Made by a program: the position numbers and the translations under genes. Of a stretch of DNA of 64,000 nt, positions 46,978-59,019 are shown in pieces. The stretch spans positions 2,496,001 to 2,560,000 of the forward strand of contig OZ244922.1 of the NCBI GenBank assembly GCA_965221905.1, written 5' to 3'. Numbering within the stretch: the first letter of the stretch is position 1; every line of letters begins with the position of its first letter. Origin of the DNA: Chloroflexota bacterium (GTDB lineage: Bacteria; Chloroflexota; UBA11872; VXOZ01). The notes under the pieces are model-generated. The model saw only the letters and a program-made list of their open reading frames with translations, was not told where the DNA came from and made no database searches.

Positions 46978-47958
46978 CTAAGCGACTAGGCCGGCTTTGG
47001 TTACTCGCCGTACCGCTTGCTGGGAGTCGACCGCGACCGCCGTTGTACCGGTTGCAACACTCCCGATCATGCGCGTGAGAACTGCGCCCGGACCAAACTC
47101 AAGAACGGGACCAAGATTTCTGCGCAGAAGAATGTCGATTGTCGCTGCCCAACGTACGGGAGACGTAAGTTGCACAGTTAACTCGTGGCGCAATTCGTCC
47201 ACAGTCGTTACGATATTGGCCGTTGCGTTCGCCACAATTGGTATTTTCGGCGGCATGATTGGGGCCGCCGCCACCACAGCTTTCCACTCTTCCTGCACGG
47301 AGGCCATCGCACCGGTATGAAATGCGCCGCTCACCTTTAAAGGGATCACGCGCCGGGCCCCGTGCTCCTTGAGCAGCGCGACGGCTCTGTCCAACGCAGA
47401 ATTGTCACCTGCGATGACTACCTGCTGGGGCGTATTGAAAGTAGCGATACTTACGACGCTGGCCGAATCCGTGCTTCGCGCCCGCGCGCAAAGCTGCATG
47501 ACCACTTGCGGCGAGACGCCAATGACCGCCGCCATTCCCCCGTGGCAATCCGCCACGGCCCGCTGCATGAGCTCACCGCGCGCCTGCACCAAGCGCAACC
47601 CATCCTCCAAGGTAAGCGCCTCCGCAGCGTACAGTGCCGTAAGCTCGCCAATACTATGACCGGCAACGAGCGCCGGTTGTAGCGCATCCGGCAGGCCCGA
47701 TACGGTCTCCGCACCGCACGCCTCCAGATAGGCTGCCAGGCACGCGGCGCTGGCCGTGAATATGGCGGGTTGTGCGTTGAATGTTTCGGTGAGCGTGTCG
47801 GCTGGGCCTTCAAAGCTGAGGGCAGTCAATTCCATGCCGAGAATTGCGTCTGCAGTGGAATATACACGCTTCGCAGCGGCAGAGTGCTCTGCTACGTCCG
47901 CGCCCATTCCCACTCGCTGGACGCCCTGACCCGGAAAGATGAACGCTCTATTTCCCAT
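46978..47958 (-). CDS. fabD: Malonyl-CoA:ACP transacylase
   Basis: FPGQG, QPAI, GHSIGE, SGAFHT and QLTSPVRW. Confidence 0.94.
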   Translation of the reverse strand: MGNRAFIFPGQGVQRVGMGADVAEHSAAAKRVYSTADAILGMELTALSFEGPADTLTETFNAQPAIFTASAACLAAYLEACGAETVSGLPDALQPALVAGHSIGELTALYAAEALTLEDGLRLVQARGELMQRAVADCHGGMAAVIGVSPQVVMQLCARARSTDSASVVSIATFNTPQQVVIAGDNSALDRAVALLKEHGARRVIPLKVSGAFHTGAMASVQEEWKAVVAAAPIMPPKIPIVANATANIVTTVDELRHELTVQLTSPVRWAATIDILLRRNLGPVLEFGPGAVLTRMIGSVATGTTAVAVDSQQAVRRVTKAGLVA

Positions 47959-48366
47959 TACACCGCTACCTAATCCAACCAGGTGGCACAGCAAGGCACG
48001 CCAACCTTGAATAGCGCCCACTCAGTCGAGTGTGATTACGTGATTCTTGTGTGTAGTACCGCAATTGCCCCGTCGGACTCATGCCACAGATCGACACGGC
48101 TTCGTCTCTCTGAGCGAACGCAAGATGAATCTGTCCGTGTTCTTTCTACAATACCAATTGCAGAACAGTGCAGCTACTCACTGCCGGCCTAATCCGGTTA
48201 GGACGCGTCCACTCGAATTGCCGGCTATGCCAAAGGGAGAACAAGCTGAAGTTAGAGGGAGCAAGCAAATGGGTAGGAGTATCCCCGCACTAAGTGATTG
48301 CACTTGCTTGCGCAAGGTGGAGGCCTGCGCATGTATCGCAAGAGCCGGCAATCTTGGCAGACTTCC

Positions 48367-48558
48367 CTACGAGCTAGGGGTCTCGACTTCCAGCACTTCT
48401 TGGCCGCGATAGTAACCGCAAAACGAGCATACAGTATGCGACGGCACCGGCTGACGGCAGCGCGGACATGCTACCAAGTGCACGCTTAGATTATGCAAGT
48501 GCGCGCGTCGTTTGCCTTGTCGAGAACGAGAAATCTTCTTCTTCGGTTGTGCGCCCAT
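48367..48558 (-). CDS. rpmF: 50S ribosomal protein L32
   Basis: AQPKKKISRSRQGKRR and CPRC...HTVCSFCGYY. Confidence 0.96.
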   Translation of the reverse strand: MGAQPKKKISRSRQGKRRAHLHNLSVHLVACPRCRQPVPSHTVCSFCGYYRGQEVLEVETPSS

Positions 48559-48588
48559 CGTCACCTCATATCTCTTATGTCTATGTAA

Positions 48589-49143
48589 CTATGCCGATCG
48601 GTTCTGCCCCATCTGCTGCAGCATTTCTTGAATTGGCGCCATCCGAATATCCACTACGCTCTCATCACAATTGCATAGAAGGCTATTACGGTCGGCACCG
48701 CACTCGGGACATATACCCAAGCACTCCGATTGGCACCGCGGCATGAGTGGTTGGCTAATTTCAATATGCTGCCGAACGGCTTCGCCGAGATCGAACCGAT
48801 CGACGTTTTCAATGAGAAACTCTGAGTCGATGTCGTCGTATTCTAAACGAATTGCCTTCCCGGTAGCTAGATCGAAGAGTGGATAGTAAATCTCATCAAA
48901 GTTTACGTGCACTTCCTGACCATACGTTTCTAAGCACCGACAACACGTTAGTTCAATTGTTGTATATAAATCGCTTCTAACAACAATGCCTTTTCCGGCA
49001 CGGCATAACTCAATAACGCCCTTAACCGGACCAACGAGGGAAATCTCTTCCCAACCTGAATAGGAACCATCGATTTCAAGCCGACGGGACGTACCTGAAG
49101 CTTCTTGCAGCAACCCCGCCACGTTTATGGTAAGGCGATCCAT
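48589..49143 (-). CDS. DUF177/YceD family protein
   Basis: CCRCL and CQSECLGICPECG; directly upstream of rpmF. Confidence 0.9.
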   Translation of the reverse strand: MDRLTINVAGLLQEASGTSRRLEIDGSYSGWEEISLVGPVKGVIELCRAGKGIVVRSDLYTTIELTCCRCLETYGQEVHVNFDEIYYPLFDLATGKAIRLEYDDIDSEFLIENVDRFDLGEAVRQHIEISQPLMPRCQSECLGICPECGADRNSLLCNCDESVVDIRMAPIQEMLQQMGQNRSA

Positions 49144-49151
49144 ATCTAATT

Positions 49152-49658
49152 TTACTCTACTCGTTCCTGTGAAGCACGTTCGCCTCGCGACCGGGCCGAA
49201 GGAACGTCTTCCGGTTCAGTGTCTGCCATTGCTTCCAGGAAGATTTGCACACGCTCATGCAGTTGCTCCAGCCGCGTACGTAAGTCGGTGAGTGAACGGA
49301 CCGCATATGCATCAGATTCCCGTTGAATCTCGCCTGCTTGCTCTTCGGCTTCATCTAGAACGCGGCGTGCATTGTCTTCTGCTGCCCGTACCAACCCATG
49401 TTCGGAGAGAATTTCCTCTGCTTGTTCGTGTGCGATTGCCACAATGCGTTCCGCCTCTAAGCGTGCCTGCTCGGGGATACGGCTGCGCTCCTGCAGCATG
49501 CGCCGCGCCTGTCGCACTTCATCGGGAACCGACATGCGCATTTGAGCGATGACATCGAGGCACTCCTGTTCGTCCAGCATGATCTTATTGACAAAGGGGA
49601 CCCGCTGGCCTGTATTGACGAGCGCTTCTAGTCTTTCAATAAGAGCAAATATGTCCAT
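49152..49658 (-). CDS. Conserved coiled-coil protein typically found between coaD and DUF177
   Basis: LIERLEALV...VPF...PDEVRQA...DAYA pattern and gene position. Confidence 0.75.
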   Translation of the reverse strand: MDIFALIERLEALVNTGQRVPFVNKIMLDEQECLDVIAQMRMSVPDEVRQARRMLQERSRIPEQARLEAERIVAIAHEQAEEILSEHGLVRAAEDNARRVLDEAEEQAGEIQRESDAYAVRSLTDLRTRLEQLHERVQIFLEAMADTEPEDVPSARSRGERASQERVE

Positions 49659-49742
49659 CCCAGCTTCCCCCTTTTCTCATCCACCCATCTCATGCAATTA
49701 CCGCAGACTGTGCCACTCTAGCTGAAGGCACGTGGCGGGTAT

Positions 49743-50222
49743 TCATGCAGTTTGTACTTCACGCAGACGGGCCGCAACTACCTCAGGCACGAATGAGTCA
49801 ACATTGCCACCGAGCTTCGCTACCTCTTTGACGAGACTCGCACTCAAGAACGAGTATTTAACCGACGTCATGAGGCAAACGACTTCTAAGTCAGGCCGCA
49901 GTTGCTGATACATTGCAGCAAGCTGAAACTCGTACTCAAAGTCCGTTACCGCCCGCAAGCCGCGCACCAACACTTGCGCTCCCAGTTCTTGCGCACATTC
50001 CACTGTTAAGTTAGCAAAGCTCCTGACCTCAACGTTCGGCCACTGCTTCACGGCAGTCGTCAACATTCGCACGCGGTCTTCCATTGAGAAGAGCACGTCT
50101 TTCTTAGGATTGGCATAGACTCCTACGAAAAGAATATCGAAGAGTCGAGACGCTCTTGCAATAATGTCCATATGTCCGTTTGTAACTGGATCAAAGCTTC
50201 CAGGATAGAGCGCCGTACGCAC
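49743..50222 (-). CDS. coaD: Phosphopantetheine adenylyltransferase
   Basis: YPGSFDPVTNGH and RGLRAVTDFEYE; GTG start after GAAGGA. Confidence 0.96.
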   Translation of the reverse strand: MRTALYPGSFDPVTNGHMDIIARASRLFDILFVGVYANPKKDVLFSMEDRVRMLTTAVKQWPNVEVRSFANLTVECAQELGAQVLVRGLRAVTDFEYEFQLAAMYQQLRPDLEVVCLMTSVKYSFLSASLVKEVAKLGGNVDSFVPEVVAARLREVQTA

Positions 50223-50493
50223 GGTTCCTTCTTGCCCTTCGCGTACTACATGACGAACAACATTATATAGCAATCACGTTTTAACGTCATCGCTATATAC
50301 TTATGTGCGGGCACCTCATACCAGCGCCACGGTGAACTGCCGAGCACACTTTCCCTGCGGTATTCTACCAACGACTGACGCGCAGTACAACTTTTCCACA
50401 GTCTCGGACTATTTCATATTCTCAAACTCATTCCCTGGCTCGTCTTCGATTGCACGGCCTACTACTATCTGTTATTCTATTCCTAGATTTGCT

Positions 50494-51192
<699 letters not shown>

Positions 51193-52140
51193 ATGCCTCT
51201 GAAACGCAAAGACCTTCTCGATCTCGATGACTTTTCATCAGAAGAAATCATGCTTCTGCTGGAAACCACGTCCGCCATGACGGAAGTCCTCTCCCGTCCG
51301 ATACGGCGCGTTCCCGCCCTGCGCGGCAAGACGATTGTCAACATGTTCTATGAGGCCAGCACGCGCACCCGCTCGTCTTTTGAATTGGCGGCGAAGAATC
51401 TCTCCGCAGACTTGGTAAACGTGTCCGCGAGCCAGAGCAGTGTCGATAAAGGCGAATCGCTTGTTGACACCATGCGCACACTGCAGGCGTTGGGCGCTGA
51501 CATGATAGTCATGCGGCACTGGGAAGCCGGCGCGCCCTATCTCGCCGCATCCTGGTTAAGTGCTTCAGTAATCAATGCCGGCGATGGCTGGCACGCGCAC
51601 CCCAGCCAAGCTCTGCTCGATCTGTATACGGTGCAGGAACGGATCGGTTCGATCGCCGGGCTGAAACTCGTGATCGTGGGGGACATACTGCATAGTCGCG
51701 TAGCACGCTCAAACCTTTGGGGCTTTGGAAAGCTGGGCGCCCACGTGGTGCTCTGCGGACCTCCAACCCTCTTGTCACCGGACATCTTGGGCATTACCGG
51801 CAACATGCCATGGGTCTCTGTCTCCTATGACCTCGATGAAGCGATTGTGGACGCTGACGTTGTGATGATGCTGCGCTTGCAGCGCGAACGCATGGCAAAC
51901 GGGCTGCTACCCTCCCTGCGGGAATACAGTGCCCGTTATGGATTGACACGCCAGCGCATGCGGCGTGCCCGCCCAAACGCCCTCATAATGCATCCCGGTC
52001 CCATGAACCAGGGAGTAGAAATCTCGCCTGATCTCGCCTATGGTGAGCAGGCGGTCATCGAGGAGCAGGTTACCAACGGTGTCGCGGTACGGATGGCAAT
52101 CTTCTATTTGCTCGCAGGCACAGCGGAGCGGCTGACATGA
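51193..52140 (+). CDS. pyrB: Aspartate carbamoyltransferase
   Basis: EASTRTRSSFE, NAGDGWHAHPSQALLD, RLQRER and MHPGP. Confidence 0.97.
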   Translation: MPLKRKDLLDLDDFSSEEIMLLLETTSAMTEVLSRPIRRVPALRGKTIVNMFYEASTRTRSSFELAAKNLSADLVNVSASQSSVDKGESLVDTMRTLQALGADMIVMRHWEAGAPYLAASWLSASVINAGDGWHAHPSQALLDLYTVQERIGSIAGLKLVIVGDILHSRVARSNLWGFGKLGAHVVLCGPPTLLSPDILGITGNMPWVSVSYDLDEAIVDADVVMMLRLQRERMANGLLPSLREYSARYGLTRQRMRRARPNALIMHPGPMNQGVEISPDLAYGEQAVIEEQVTNGVAVRMAIFYLLAGTAERLT

Positions 52141-53474
52141 AGGACAATTGGTTGATCCGAGGAGCGCGCGTAATCGACCCGGCAAACAATCTCGATGCGG
52201 CAGCGGACGTGCTGATTCAGGCCGGCAAGATTGCATGCATCGGTGAGACGCCAACGATTGACAACATTCCCACCATTGAGGCTAGCGGGCTAGTCCTTAC
52301 GCCCGGCTTCGTAGACCTGCATTGCCATCTCCGTGAACCGGGCTTTGAGTATAAAGAGACTATTGCAACCGGCACGCGCGCTGCCGTTCGCGGCGGCTTT
52401 ACTACGGTATGCAGCATGGCAAATACCGATCCGGTGGTTGACACTCCTGCAACTGTGGCATTCATCTTGCAGCGTGCGCGGGAAGCCGCAGCCGCACGGG
52501 TCTATCCCCTGGCCGCCGTCACGCAGGGCTTTGGCGGCACGCAGCTTGTGGAAATGGCAGCACTGGCAGAGGCGGGCGCCGTCGCCTTCTCCGACGACGG
52601 TTTGCCGATAGCCGATGCCCGCATGATGCGTCATGCCCTGGAATACAGCCTCCTCGTCGACAAGCCCATTGTCAATCACTGCGAAGACCCCTCTCTCGCC
52701 CATGGGGGAGTGATGCACGAAGGATTGACCTCACTGCGCTTGGGTCTGCGTGGGATGCCGGCGGAAGCCGAAGAAACGATGGTAGCGCGGGATGCTCTGT
52801 TGGCACGGCGTACTGGCGCACACGTTCACATTGCGCACGTCTCTACGCAAGGCAGTGTGGAGATCATCCGCGCGGCCAAGCAGAGAGGCATTCGCATCAC
52901 TGCAGAAGTTACGCCCCATCACCTCACGCTGACGGATTCGCTGGTGGCCGGACCCCGGCAGCCCCAGGAAAGAGCGCAACTCGCATACGATACGAACGCA
53001 AAAGTAAATCCGCCGCTCCGCACCAGTGCTGACATCGATGCCTTGATCGAGGGGTTGAACGACGGTACGATCGACGCCATTGCCACCGACCACGCGCCGC
53101 ACAGCACTACCGATAAGCTCTGTGAGTACAGTGAAGCGGCCTCCGGCATCTCGTGCCTTGAGACAGCCTTTTCGCTGGTCTATCAGTTGGTGCAAGAGGG
53201 GCGTGTTTCGCTGCAATCGCTCGTAAGCAAACTCACCATAGAGCCATCGCGAGTCTTTGGGCTGTCGACGGGAACGCTGACTGTAGGAGCACCGGCAGAC
53301 ATCGCGGTGCTCGACCTCCACGATACGTGGACTGTTGATCCGGATACGTTCGCTTCCAAGGGCAAGAACACGCCAATTGCCGGTGCCACGCTGCCGGGGA
53401 GAGTGGCAATGACATTCGTTGACGGAAGGCTCGTAAATACGGAAGAGCCCTATAGTCAAAGAGGTGCTGAATAG
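52137..53474 (+). CDS. pyrC: Dihydroorotase
   Basis: DLHCHLREPG, EVTPHHL, KVNPPLR and ATDHAPH. Confidence 0.95.
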   Translation: MKDNWLIRGARVIDPANNLDAAADVLIQAGKIACIGETPTIDNIPTIEASGLVLTPGFVDLHCHLREPGFEYKETIATGTRAAVRGGFTTVCSMANTDPVVDTPATVAFILQRAREAAAARVYPLAAVTQGFGGTQLVEMAALAEAGAVAFSDDGLPIADARMMRHALEYSLLVDKPIVNHCEDPSLAHGGVMHEGLTSLRLGLRGMPAEAEETMVARDALLARRTGAHVHIAHVSTQGSVEIIRAAKQRGIRITAEVTPHHLTLTDSLVAGPRQPQERAQLAYDTNAKVNPPLRTSADIDALIEGLNDGTIDAIATDHAPHSTTDKLCEYSEAASGISCLETAFSLVYQLVQEGRVSLQSLVSKLTIEPSRVFGLSTGTLTVGAPADIAVLDLHDTWTVDPDTFASKGKNTPIAGATLPGRVAMTFVDGRLVNTEEPYSQRGAE

Positions 53475-53476
53475 AC

Positions 53477-54682
53477 GTGCCGGAAACAGCTACACACCCC
53501 CACGCCCTGCTCGCCCTGGAAGACGGCAAGGTTTTCTTTGGCCGTGCGTTTGGTTCGCGCATCGACGCGGCTGGCGAGCTTTGCTTCAACACCAGCATGA
53601 CCGGCTACCAGGAGATCTGCACCGATCCATCCTACCGCGGGCAGATTGTCACCCTGACGTACCCGCTCATCAACAACTACGGCATCACTCCGGTCGACAT
53701 GGAATCGGTACATCCATGGCTTTCCGGGCTCGTGGTGCGTGAACTCTGTTCGCATCCCAGCAACTGGCGCGCCACGAGCGAACTGGATGAATTCCTTGCA
53801 AACAACAACATACCGGGAATTTACGGCCTGGACACGCGCGCCATTACCCAACACTTGCGCACGTTCGGCTTCAAGAGAGCCACGCTTACGGTCGTGCCGC
53901 CCGATGAATTGCCGGAGGAGGCCCAGGACTCATTCTTGTGGCTGAGCGGCCGTACCCCCGGCATCGAAGCATATGTGCAGGAGTGCATTGCTCGCGCCCA
54001 GCACATTACGCCGCTGTCAAACCACGACGTGGTGGGTGAGGTCTCAGTAAATACCGGTTCATACGCGGCCCATGCACCTTGGGAACCGTGGCCGCTACCC
54101 CAACAGCACGCCGCCCAAAAACGACTCATCCTCATCGACACCGGCGCCAAGCACAACATTGCGCATTCGCTCACCAGTCGGGGCGCGGAGGTCACTTGGA
54201 TGCCGTACGGCGCCTCATATGAAGAGATTCGAGACCTGGCGCCGGATGGGATCGTAGTCTGCAATGGACCGGGGGATCCGGATGTCGGCGCGGTCGCGGC
54301 GACCGTCGCAACCACGGCAAAACTCATGCAACGCTATCCCATGCTGGGCATCTGCCTGGGACATCAGATCATGGCGCTCGCTGCCGGCGCACAGACGAGC
54401 CGCCTCAAGTTTGGGCACCGCGGCGCCAACCACCCGGTGCAAGACCTGGCCAGCGGCAAGGTGCACATTACCACGCAAAACCATGGATTTCAGGTTGATG
54501 CGCGCAGCATACCGTCAAAGAGCGGCTTCCACGTGAGTCACAGCAGTCTCAATGACGGTTCGGTTGAAGGACTCCGCCACCAGGACTTACCGGTATTCAG
54601 CGTTCAGTACCATCCCGAGGCCTGCCCCGGCCCACAGGACAACCAATACATCTTTGACGAATTTCTGAAGCTCATTCCATGA
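53477..54682 (+). CDS. carA: Carbamoyl-phosphate synthase small subunit
   Basis: [23 protein letters not shown] and [10 protein letters not shown]. Confidence 0.97.
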   Translation: MPETATHPHALLALEDGKVFFGRAFGSRIDAAGELCFNTSMTGYQEICTDPSYRGQIVTLTYPLINNYGITPVDMESVHPWLSGLVVRELCSHPSNWRATSELDEFLANNNIPGIYGLDTRAITQHLRTFGFKRATLTVVPPDELPEEAQDSFLWLSGRTPGIEAYVQECIARAQHITPLSNHDVVGEVSVNTGSYAAHAPWEPWPLPQQHAAQKRLILIDTGAKHNIAHSLTSRGAEVTWMPYGASYEEIRDLAPDGIVVCNGPGDPDVGAVAATVATTAKLMQRYPMLGICLGHQIMALAAGAQTSRLKFGHRGANHPVQDLASGKVHITTQNHGFQVDARSIPSKSGFHVSHSSLNDGSVEGLRHQDLPVFSVQYHPEACPGPQDNQYIFDEFLKLIP

Positions 54683-57600
54683 CGAACAAACCATCTAAGG
54701 TCCTCATTGTCGGATCGGGCCCGATAATTATCGGCCAGGCCGCTGAGTTTGACTACGCCGGAACGCAAGCGTGCAAAGCCATGCGCGAAGAAGGCGTGAC
54801 CTCTATCCTCGTCAACTCCAATCCCGCCACCATCATGACGGATGAGGAAATCGCCGACGTCGTCTACATCGAACCGCTCACGGTACCTGTCATCGAGCGC
54901 ATCATTGCGCATGAGCGGCCGGACGGACTCATTCCTACCCTCGGCGGGCAGACCGGCTTGAATTTGGCTGTAGCCCTCGCCGAAGCGGGTGTGCTCGCAA
55001 AGTACGATGTTCGGCTGCTGGGTACGCCTCTTTCAGCGATACAGAAGGCGGAAGACCGCGAACTCTTTCGGCAAACCATGAATCAGATAGGCGAACCAAT
55101 CCCCGCCAGCAGGACTGTCCACTCGGTGGAAGATGCGGAAGCGTTCGCGGAAACCATCGGACTGCCGGTCGTCATTCGGCCCGCCTATACCCTCGGCGGT
55201 ACCGGCGGCGGCATCGCACACACGCCGGCTGAGGTGCGCACGGTGGTAGCGAGCGGCCTCTCCGCTAGTCCCATCAATCAGGTACTCGTGGAAGAGTACT
55301 TACTCGGCTGGAAAGAGATCGAGTATGAAGTCATGCGCGATAGCGCCGACAACTGCATCACCGTGTGCAACATGGAAAACATCGACCCCATGGGCGTGCA
55401 TACCGGAGATTCAATCGTGGTCGCTCCCAGCCAGACTCTCAGCGATCGTGAGTACCAGATGCTCCGCACCGCGTCTCTCAACATCATTCGGTCGCTGGGC
55501 ATCGAAGGCGGCTGCAACGTGCAGTTGGCGTTAGACCCCCATTCATTTGCCTATCGCGTCATAGAAGTTAATCCCCGGGTTAGTCGCTCTTCCGCTCTGG
55601 CCTCGAAAGCGACCGGCTACCCGATAGCGCGCATGGCAGCCAAGATCGCCATCGGTCGCACCCTCGACGAATTGCCGAATCCCATCACGAAGAGAACTAC
55701 GGCCGCCTTCGAGCCGGCCTTGGACTATGTCGTAGTGAAAATCCCACGCTGGCCGTTCGATAAGTTTCCTTCGGGCGACCGCGTGCTGGGTACGCAGATG
55801 AAGTCCACCGGTGAAGTAATGGCGATTGACCGCTCATTGGAAGCAGCTCTGCAGAAGGCGGTGCGGGGACTTGAAATCGGTGATCGCAGCCTGATGTGGG
55901 AAGATGAGCAGTGGCAAAAAGACCCTTCAGCCGTCTGGCTGCACATAACCGTGGCCAGTGATCTCCGACTGTGGGCTGTCATGAGCGCGCTCCGGCGGGG
56001 GACTAGCGTTAAGGAAATCTCGCGCCGCTCCCATATCGACCCGTTCTTTGTAGAAAAGCTCGCAGCCATTCGCGACATGGAGCAGCGCCTCCTCGCTGAA
56101 TCGCTGACACCCGGATTGCTTTGGGAAGCAAAGCGCTTGGGGTTCGACGATTCCCAGATCGGCACCTTGGCCGACGTGCTCCCCACCCGCGTACGCGAAA
56201 TGCGCAAGCAGTGGGGCATCGTGCCGGTATACAAGATGGTGGACACCTGCGCCGCCGAATTCGAAGCACAGACGCCGTATTTCTACAGCACGTACGAACT
56301 CGAGAATGATGCGCCTTCCTTGACCGCGGAACGAGCTGCCGTGGTTGGGTCCGGGCCGATCCGCATCGGCCAGGGCATCGAGTTCGACTATTGCTCCGTG
56401 CATGCGGCGTGGGCACTCGCTAGTGCAGGTGTGCAAAGCATTATGATTAATAGCAATCCGGAGACTGTGTCCACGGACTTCGACACCTCCGATAGACTCT
56501 ACTTTGAGCCGCTCGATATCGAAAGTGTCCTGAACGTTCTCGATAACGAGGGCGTACCGCCCACCATCGTGCAGTTTGGCGGTCAGACCGCCATCAACCT
56601 TGCCGAACCACTCACCCTAGAAAACGTCTCACTCGCGGGAAGCGGCGTCTCCGCGATTGATCTCGCCGAAGACCGACGAAAGTTCGAGGCATTCTTGGAT
56701 CGGCTCGGCATTCCCCAACCGCCCGGTGCGACCGTGACAAACGTAGATGATGCTCTCTCCATCGCTTCGAATGTCGGCTACCCTGTGCTCGTGCGACCTT
56801 CATACGTTCTTGGCGGTCGGGCGATGGAAATCGTGAATACACCGGAAGACCTCAAGACGTACGTGGCAACTGCCGTACAGCTCTCTACGCGCCATCCCGT
56901 GCTGGTTGACAAGTATCTCCAGGGCAAGGAAGTAGAAGTCGATGCTATATGTGATGGGAAGGAAGTGCTCATTCCCGGCATCATGGAGCACATCGAGCGT
57001 GCAGGCGTACACTCCGGCGATAGTTTTGCGGTCTACCCGCCCCGCGACCTGCACGAGCGGATCGAACAGACTATCGTGGACTACACGACGCGCATCTGCC
57101 TGGAGTTAGGAGTATTGGGTCTGGTCAACATCCAATTCGTGATCTTTCAAGATGAAATCTTTGTGCTGGAGGTAAACCCGCGGTCAAGCCGCACGGTGCC
57201 GTTCTTAAGTAAAGTGACGGCCGTGCCAATGGTGCGCCTCGCAACGTTGACCATGCTTGGAAAGTCGCTCGCTGAAATGGGCTACGCTGGCGGTCTATGG
57301 CCGAAGCAACCACTCGTCGCGGTGAAAGCTCCGGTCTTCAGCATGGCGAAACTGCGCGGTGTGGAAACGTCAGTCGGGCCGGAGATGAAGTCTACCGGCG
57401 AGGTTATGGGAGTGGACGTAACGTTCGAGGCAGCGCTCTATAAGGCTATGGTAGCTTCGGGACTCAGCGTCCCTGCGGGCGGCACGTTCCTGCTCTCCAT
57501 TGCCGACGCCGACAAGGACGCCATCCGTCCTATCGTGCGCCAGCTTGCTGCCGCGGGGTTCAAGTTCATGGCTACCGAGGGCACTGCCGCCATGTTGGAG

Positions 57601-57879
57601 TCTATGGGCGTTCCTGTGCGCATGATCAGCAAGCGCCTGCAAGGCACCCTCAACGTGGTTTCCGTGATCCAAGACGGCGATGTGCAAGCCGTCATCAACT
57701 CCCTCACCGGCGGCCGATCCGTCCTGCAAGACGGTTTCTACATCCGCCGCGCGGCAGTTGAGCGCCAGATTCCCTGTCTTACATCCCTTGATACTTCCCG
57801 CGCCCTGGCCACCGCGCTTTCGTTGCAACAGGATGCGTATCAAGTGCGGCCCTTGTGGGCGTACCGCGATCAGCGCTGA
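54679..57879 (+). CDS. carB: Carbamoyl-phosphate synthase large subunit
   Basis: [17 protein letters not shown], duplicated ATP-grasp domains and C-terminal MGS domain. Confidence 0.98.
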   Translation: MTNKPSKVLIVGSGPIIIGQAAEFDYAGTQACKAMREEGVTSILVNSNPATIMTDEEIADVVYIEPLTVPVIERIIAHERPDGLIPTLGGQTGLNLAVALAEAGVLAKYDVRLLGTPLSAIQKAEDRELFRQTMNQIGEPIPASRTVHSVEDAEAFAETIGLPVVIRPAYTLGGTGGGIAHTPAEVRTVVASGLSASPINQVLVEEYLLGWKEIEYEVMRDSADNCITVCNMENIDPMGVHTGDSIVVAPSQTLSDREYQMLRTASLNIIRSLGIEGGCNVQLALDPHSFAYRVIEVNPRVSRSSALASKATGYPIARMAAKIAIGRTLDELPNPITKRTTAAFEPALDYVVVKIPRWPFDKFPSGDRVLGTQMKSTGEVMAIDRSLEAALQKAVRGLEIGDRSLMWEDEQWQKDPSAVWLHITVASDLRLWAVMSALRRGTSVKEISRRSHIDPFFVEKLAAIRDMEQRLLAESLTPGLLWEAKRLGFDDSQIGTLADVLPTRVREMRKQWGIVPVYKMVDTCAAEFEAQTPYFYSTYELENDAPSLTAERAAVVGSGPIRIGQGIEFDYCSVHAAWALASAGVQSIMINSNPETVSTDFDTSDRLYFEPLDIESVLNVLDNEGVPPTIVQFGGQTAINLAEPLTLENVSLAGSGVSAIDLAEDRRKFEAFLDRLGIPQPPGATVTNVDDALSIASNVGYPVLVRPSYVLGGRAMEIVNTPEDLKTYVATAVQLSTRHPVLVDKYLQGKEVEVDAICDGKEVLIPGIMEHIERAGVHSGDSFAVYPPRDLHERIEQTIVDYTTRICLELGVLGLVNIQFVIFQDEIFVLEVNPRSSRTVPFLSKVTAVPMVRLATLTMLGKSLAEMGYAGGLWPKQPLVAVKAPVFSMAKLRGVETSVGPEMKSTGEVMGVDVTFEAALYKAMVASGLSVPAGGTFLLSIADADKDAIRPIVRQLAAAGFKFMATEGTAAMLESMGVPVRMISKRLQGTLNVVSVIQDGDVQAVINSLTGGRSVLQDGFYIRRAAVERQIPCLTSLDTSRALATALSLQQDAYQVRPLWAYRDQR

Positions 57880-57904
57880 GCGGAGCGTTAGGAATACGAT
57901 AGCC

Positions 57905-58723
57905 ATGAGCGTCGTCCAAGAGCAGGCAACGATTATCTCTAACGAGCCCGTGGCTGACGGGCTTTACATTCTCCGGCTGCATTCACCGCAAATTGCGGCC
58001 CAGTGCCGGCCCGCGCAATTCGTACACATGCGCTGCGGCGATGGCATAGACCCGCTGTTGCTCCGCCCATTTAGCATGTTGACCGCCGACCGCGAAGCGG
58101 GGACGCTCGACATCCTCTATCAGGTGGTGGGACGGGGCACGGATATCCTAGTGAACCGGCGGGCCGGAGAAGAGATCTTGCAGCTTGGGCCGCTGGGAAA
58201 GACCTTCACAACTCCCTCCAATCCATCCAATCTCCTGATGGTAGGCGGCGGTATCGGCATTGCCCCGCTGGTCTACTTAGCGGAAACGATGATTCCGAAA
58301 GGATACACGGTTACGTTGCTGGCGGGCGCCCGCACGGCCGCACGCCACCTACCTGCCGAACGTGTGCCTCCCGAAGTGGAGTATGTGCTGGCAACCGACG
58401 ACGGTTCGGCAGGCTATCACGGGCCGGTGACTAATCTGATTGCCGAATACTATCTGTGGAGCGACGCCATCTACGTCTGCGGCCCGTGGCCGATGCTCAC
58501 CGCCATAGACGCTGCCTACCAGGCCGGAACCTGGGGCTGGCACAGCAAGAAACCGATTCAGGTCTCCCTGGAGAACCAGATGGGTTGCGCGATGGGTGTC
58601 TGCCTCGGCTGCGTTGTTACCACGCCGCAAGGCTACCAACGCGTCTGCCGCGACGGACCGGTATTCGCATTGGGAGAACTGCACCAAGAATTCGCTTCCC
58701 GCTCCGCACAGAGTGTCTTGTAG
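57905..58723 (+). CDS. pyrK: Dihydroorotate dehydrogenase electron transfer subunit
   Basis: LRPFS, VGGGIGIAPL, CGPWPML and MGCAMGVCLGC...RVCRDGPVF; ATG 57905 follows AGGA. Confidence 0.92.
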   Translation: MSVVQEQATIISNEPVADGLYILRLHSPQIAAQCRPAQFVHMRCGDGIDPLLLRPFSMLTADREAGTLDILYQVVGRGTDILVNRRAGEEILQLGPLGKTFTTPSNPSNLLMVGGGIGIAPLVYLAETMIPKGYTVTLLAGARTAARHLPAERVPPEVEYVLATDDGSAGYHGPVTNLIAEYYLWSDAIYVCGPWPMLTAIDAAYQAGTWGWHSKKPIQVSLENQMGCAMGVCLGCVVTTPQGYQRVCRDGPVFALGELHQEFASRSAQSVL

Positions 58724-59019
58724 GCCGAAAACGTAGCATTTAGGCTTCTTGCCACAGTGTTCGCAGTGCATCACACACTCATATGACACTGCGGCGATCA
58801 TCTTATGTCAATAATGAAACGCCACTACTCCCGGAACCACAAGTGCCATACTCGCTTGTCGCCAACCCAAGAGCTGACTACCTTCAAACAGCCGCCGTGG
58901 ACGTGCGTAGAGCGATTGCGCCCCAAATCGGAACTCTCTGCTACAAGCATCGCTAGCGTGGTTCTACCCAAGGCCGGCAAGCTCGCGGGAGCGGCACTGT
59001 CGGACCCCGTGGCAAGAAA

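Noticed and set aside
53890-53975. Extra ~20-aa segment in CarA as another repeat-derived insertion
   Set aside because: No palindrome or match to the REP families; it lies near the normally variable interdomain region.
57680-57904. 75-aa N-terminal extension of pyrK in the ORF track
   Set aside because: It overlaps carB; ATG 57905 has an RBS and gives a normal-length PyrK.
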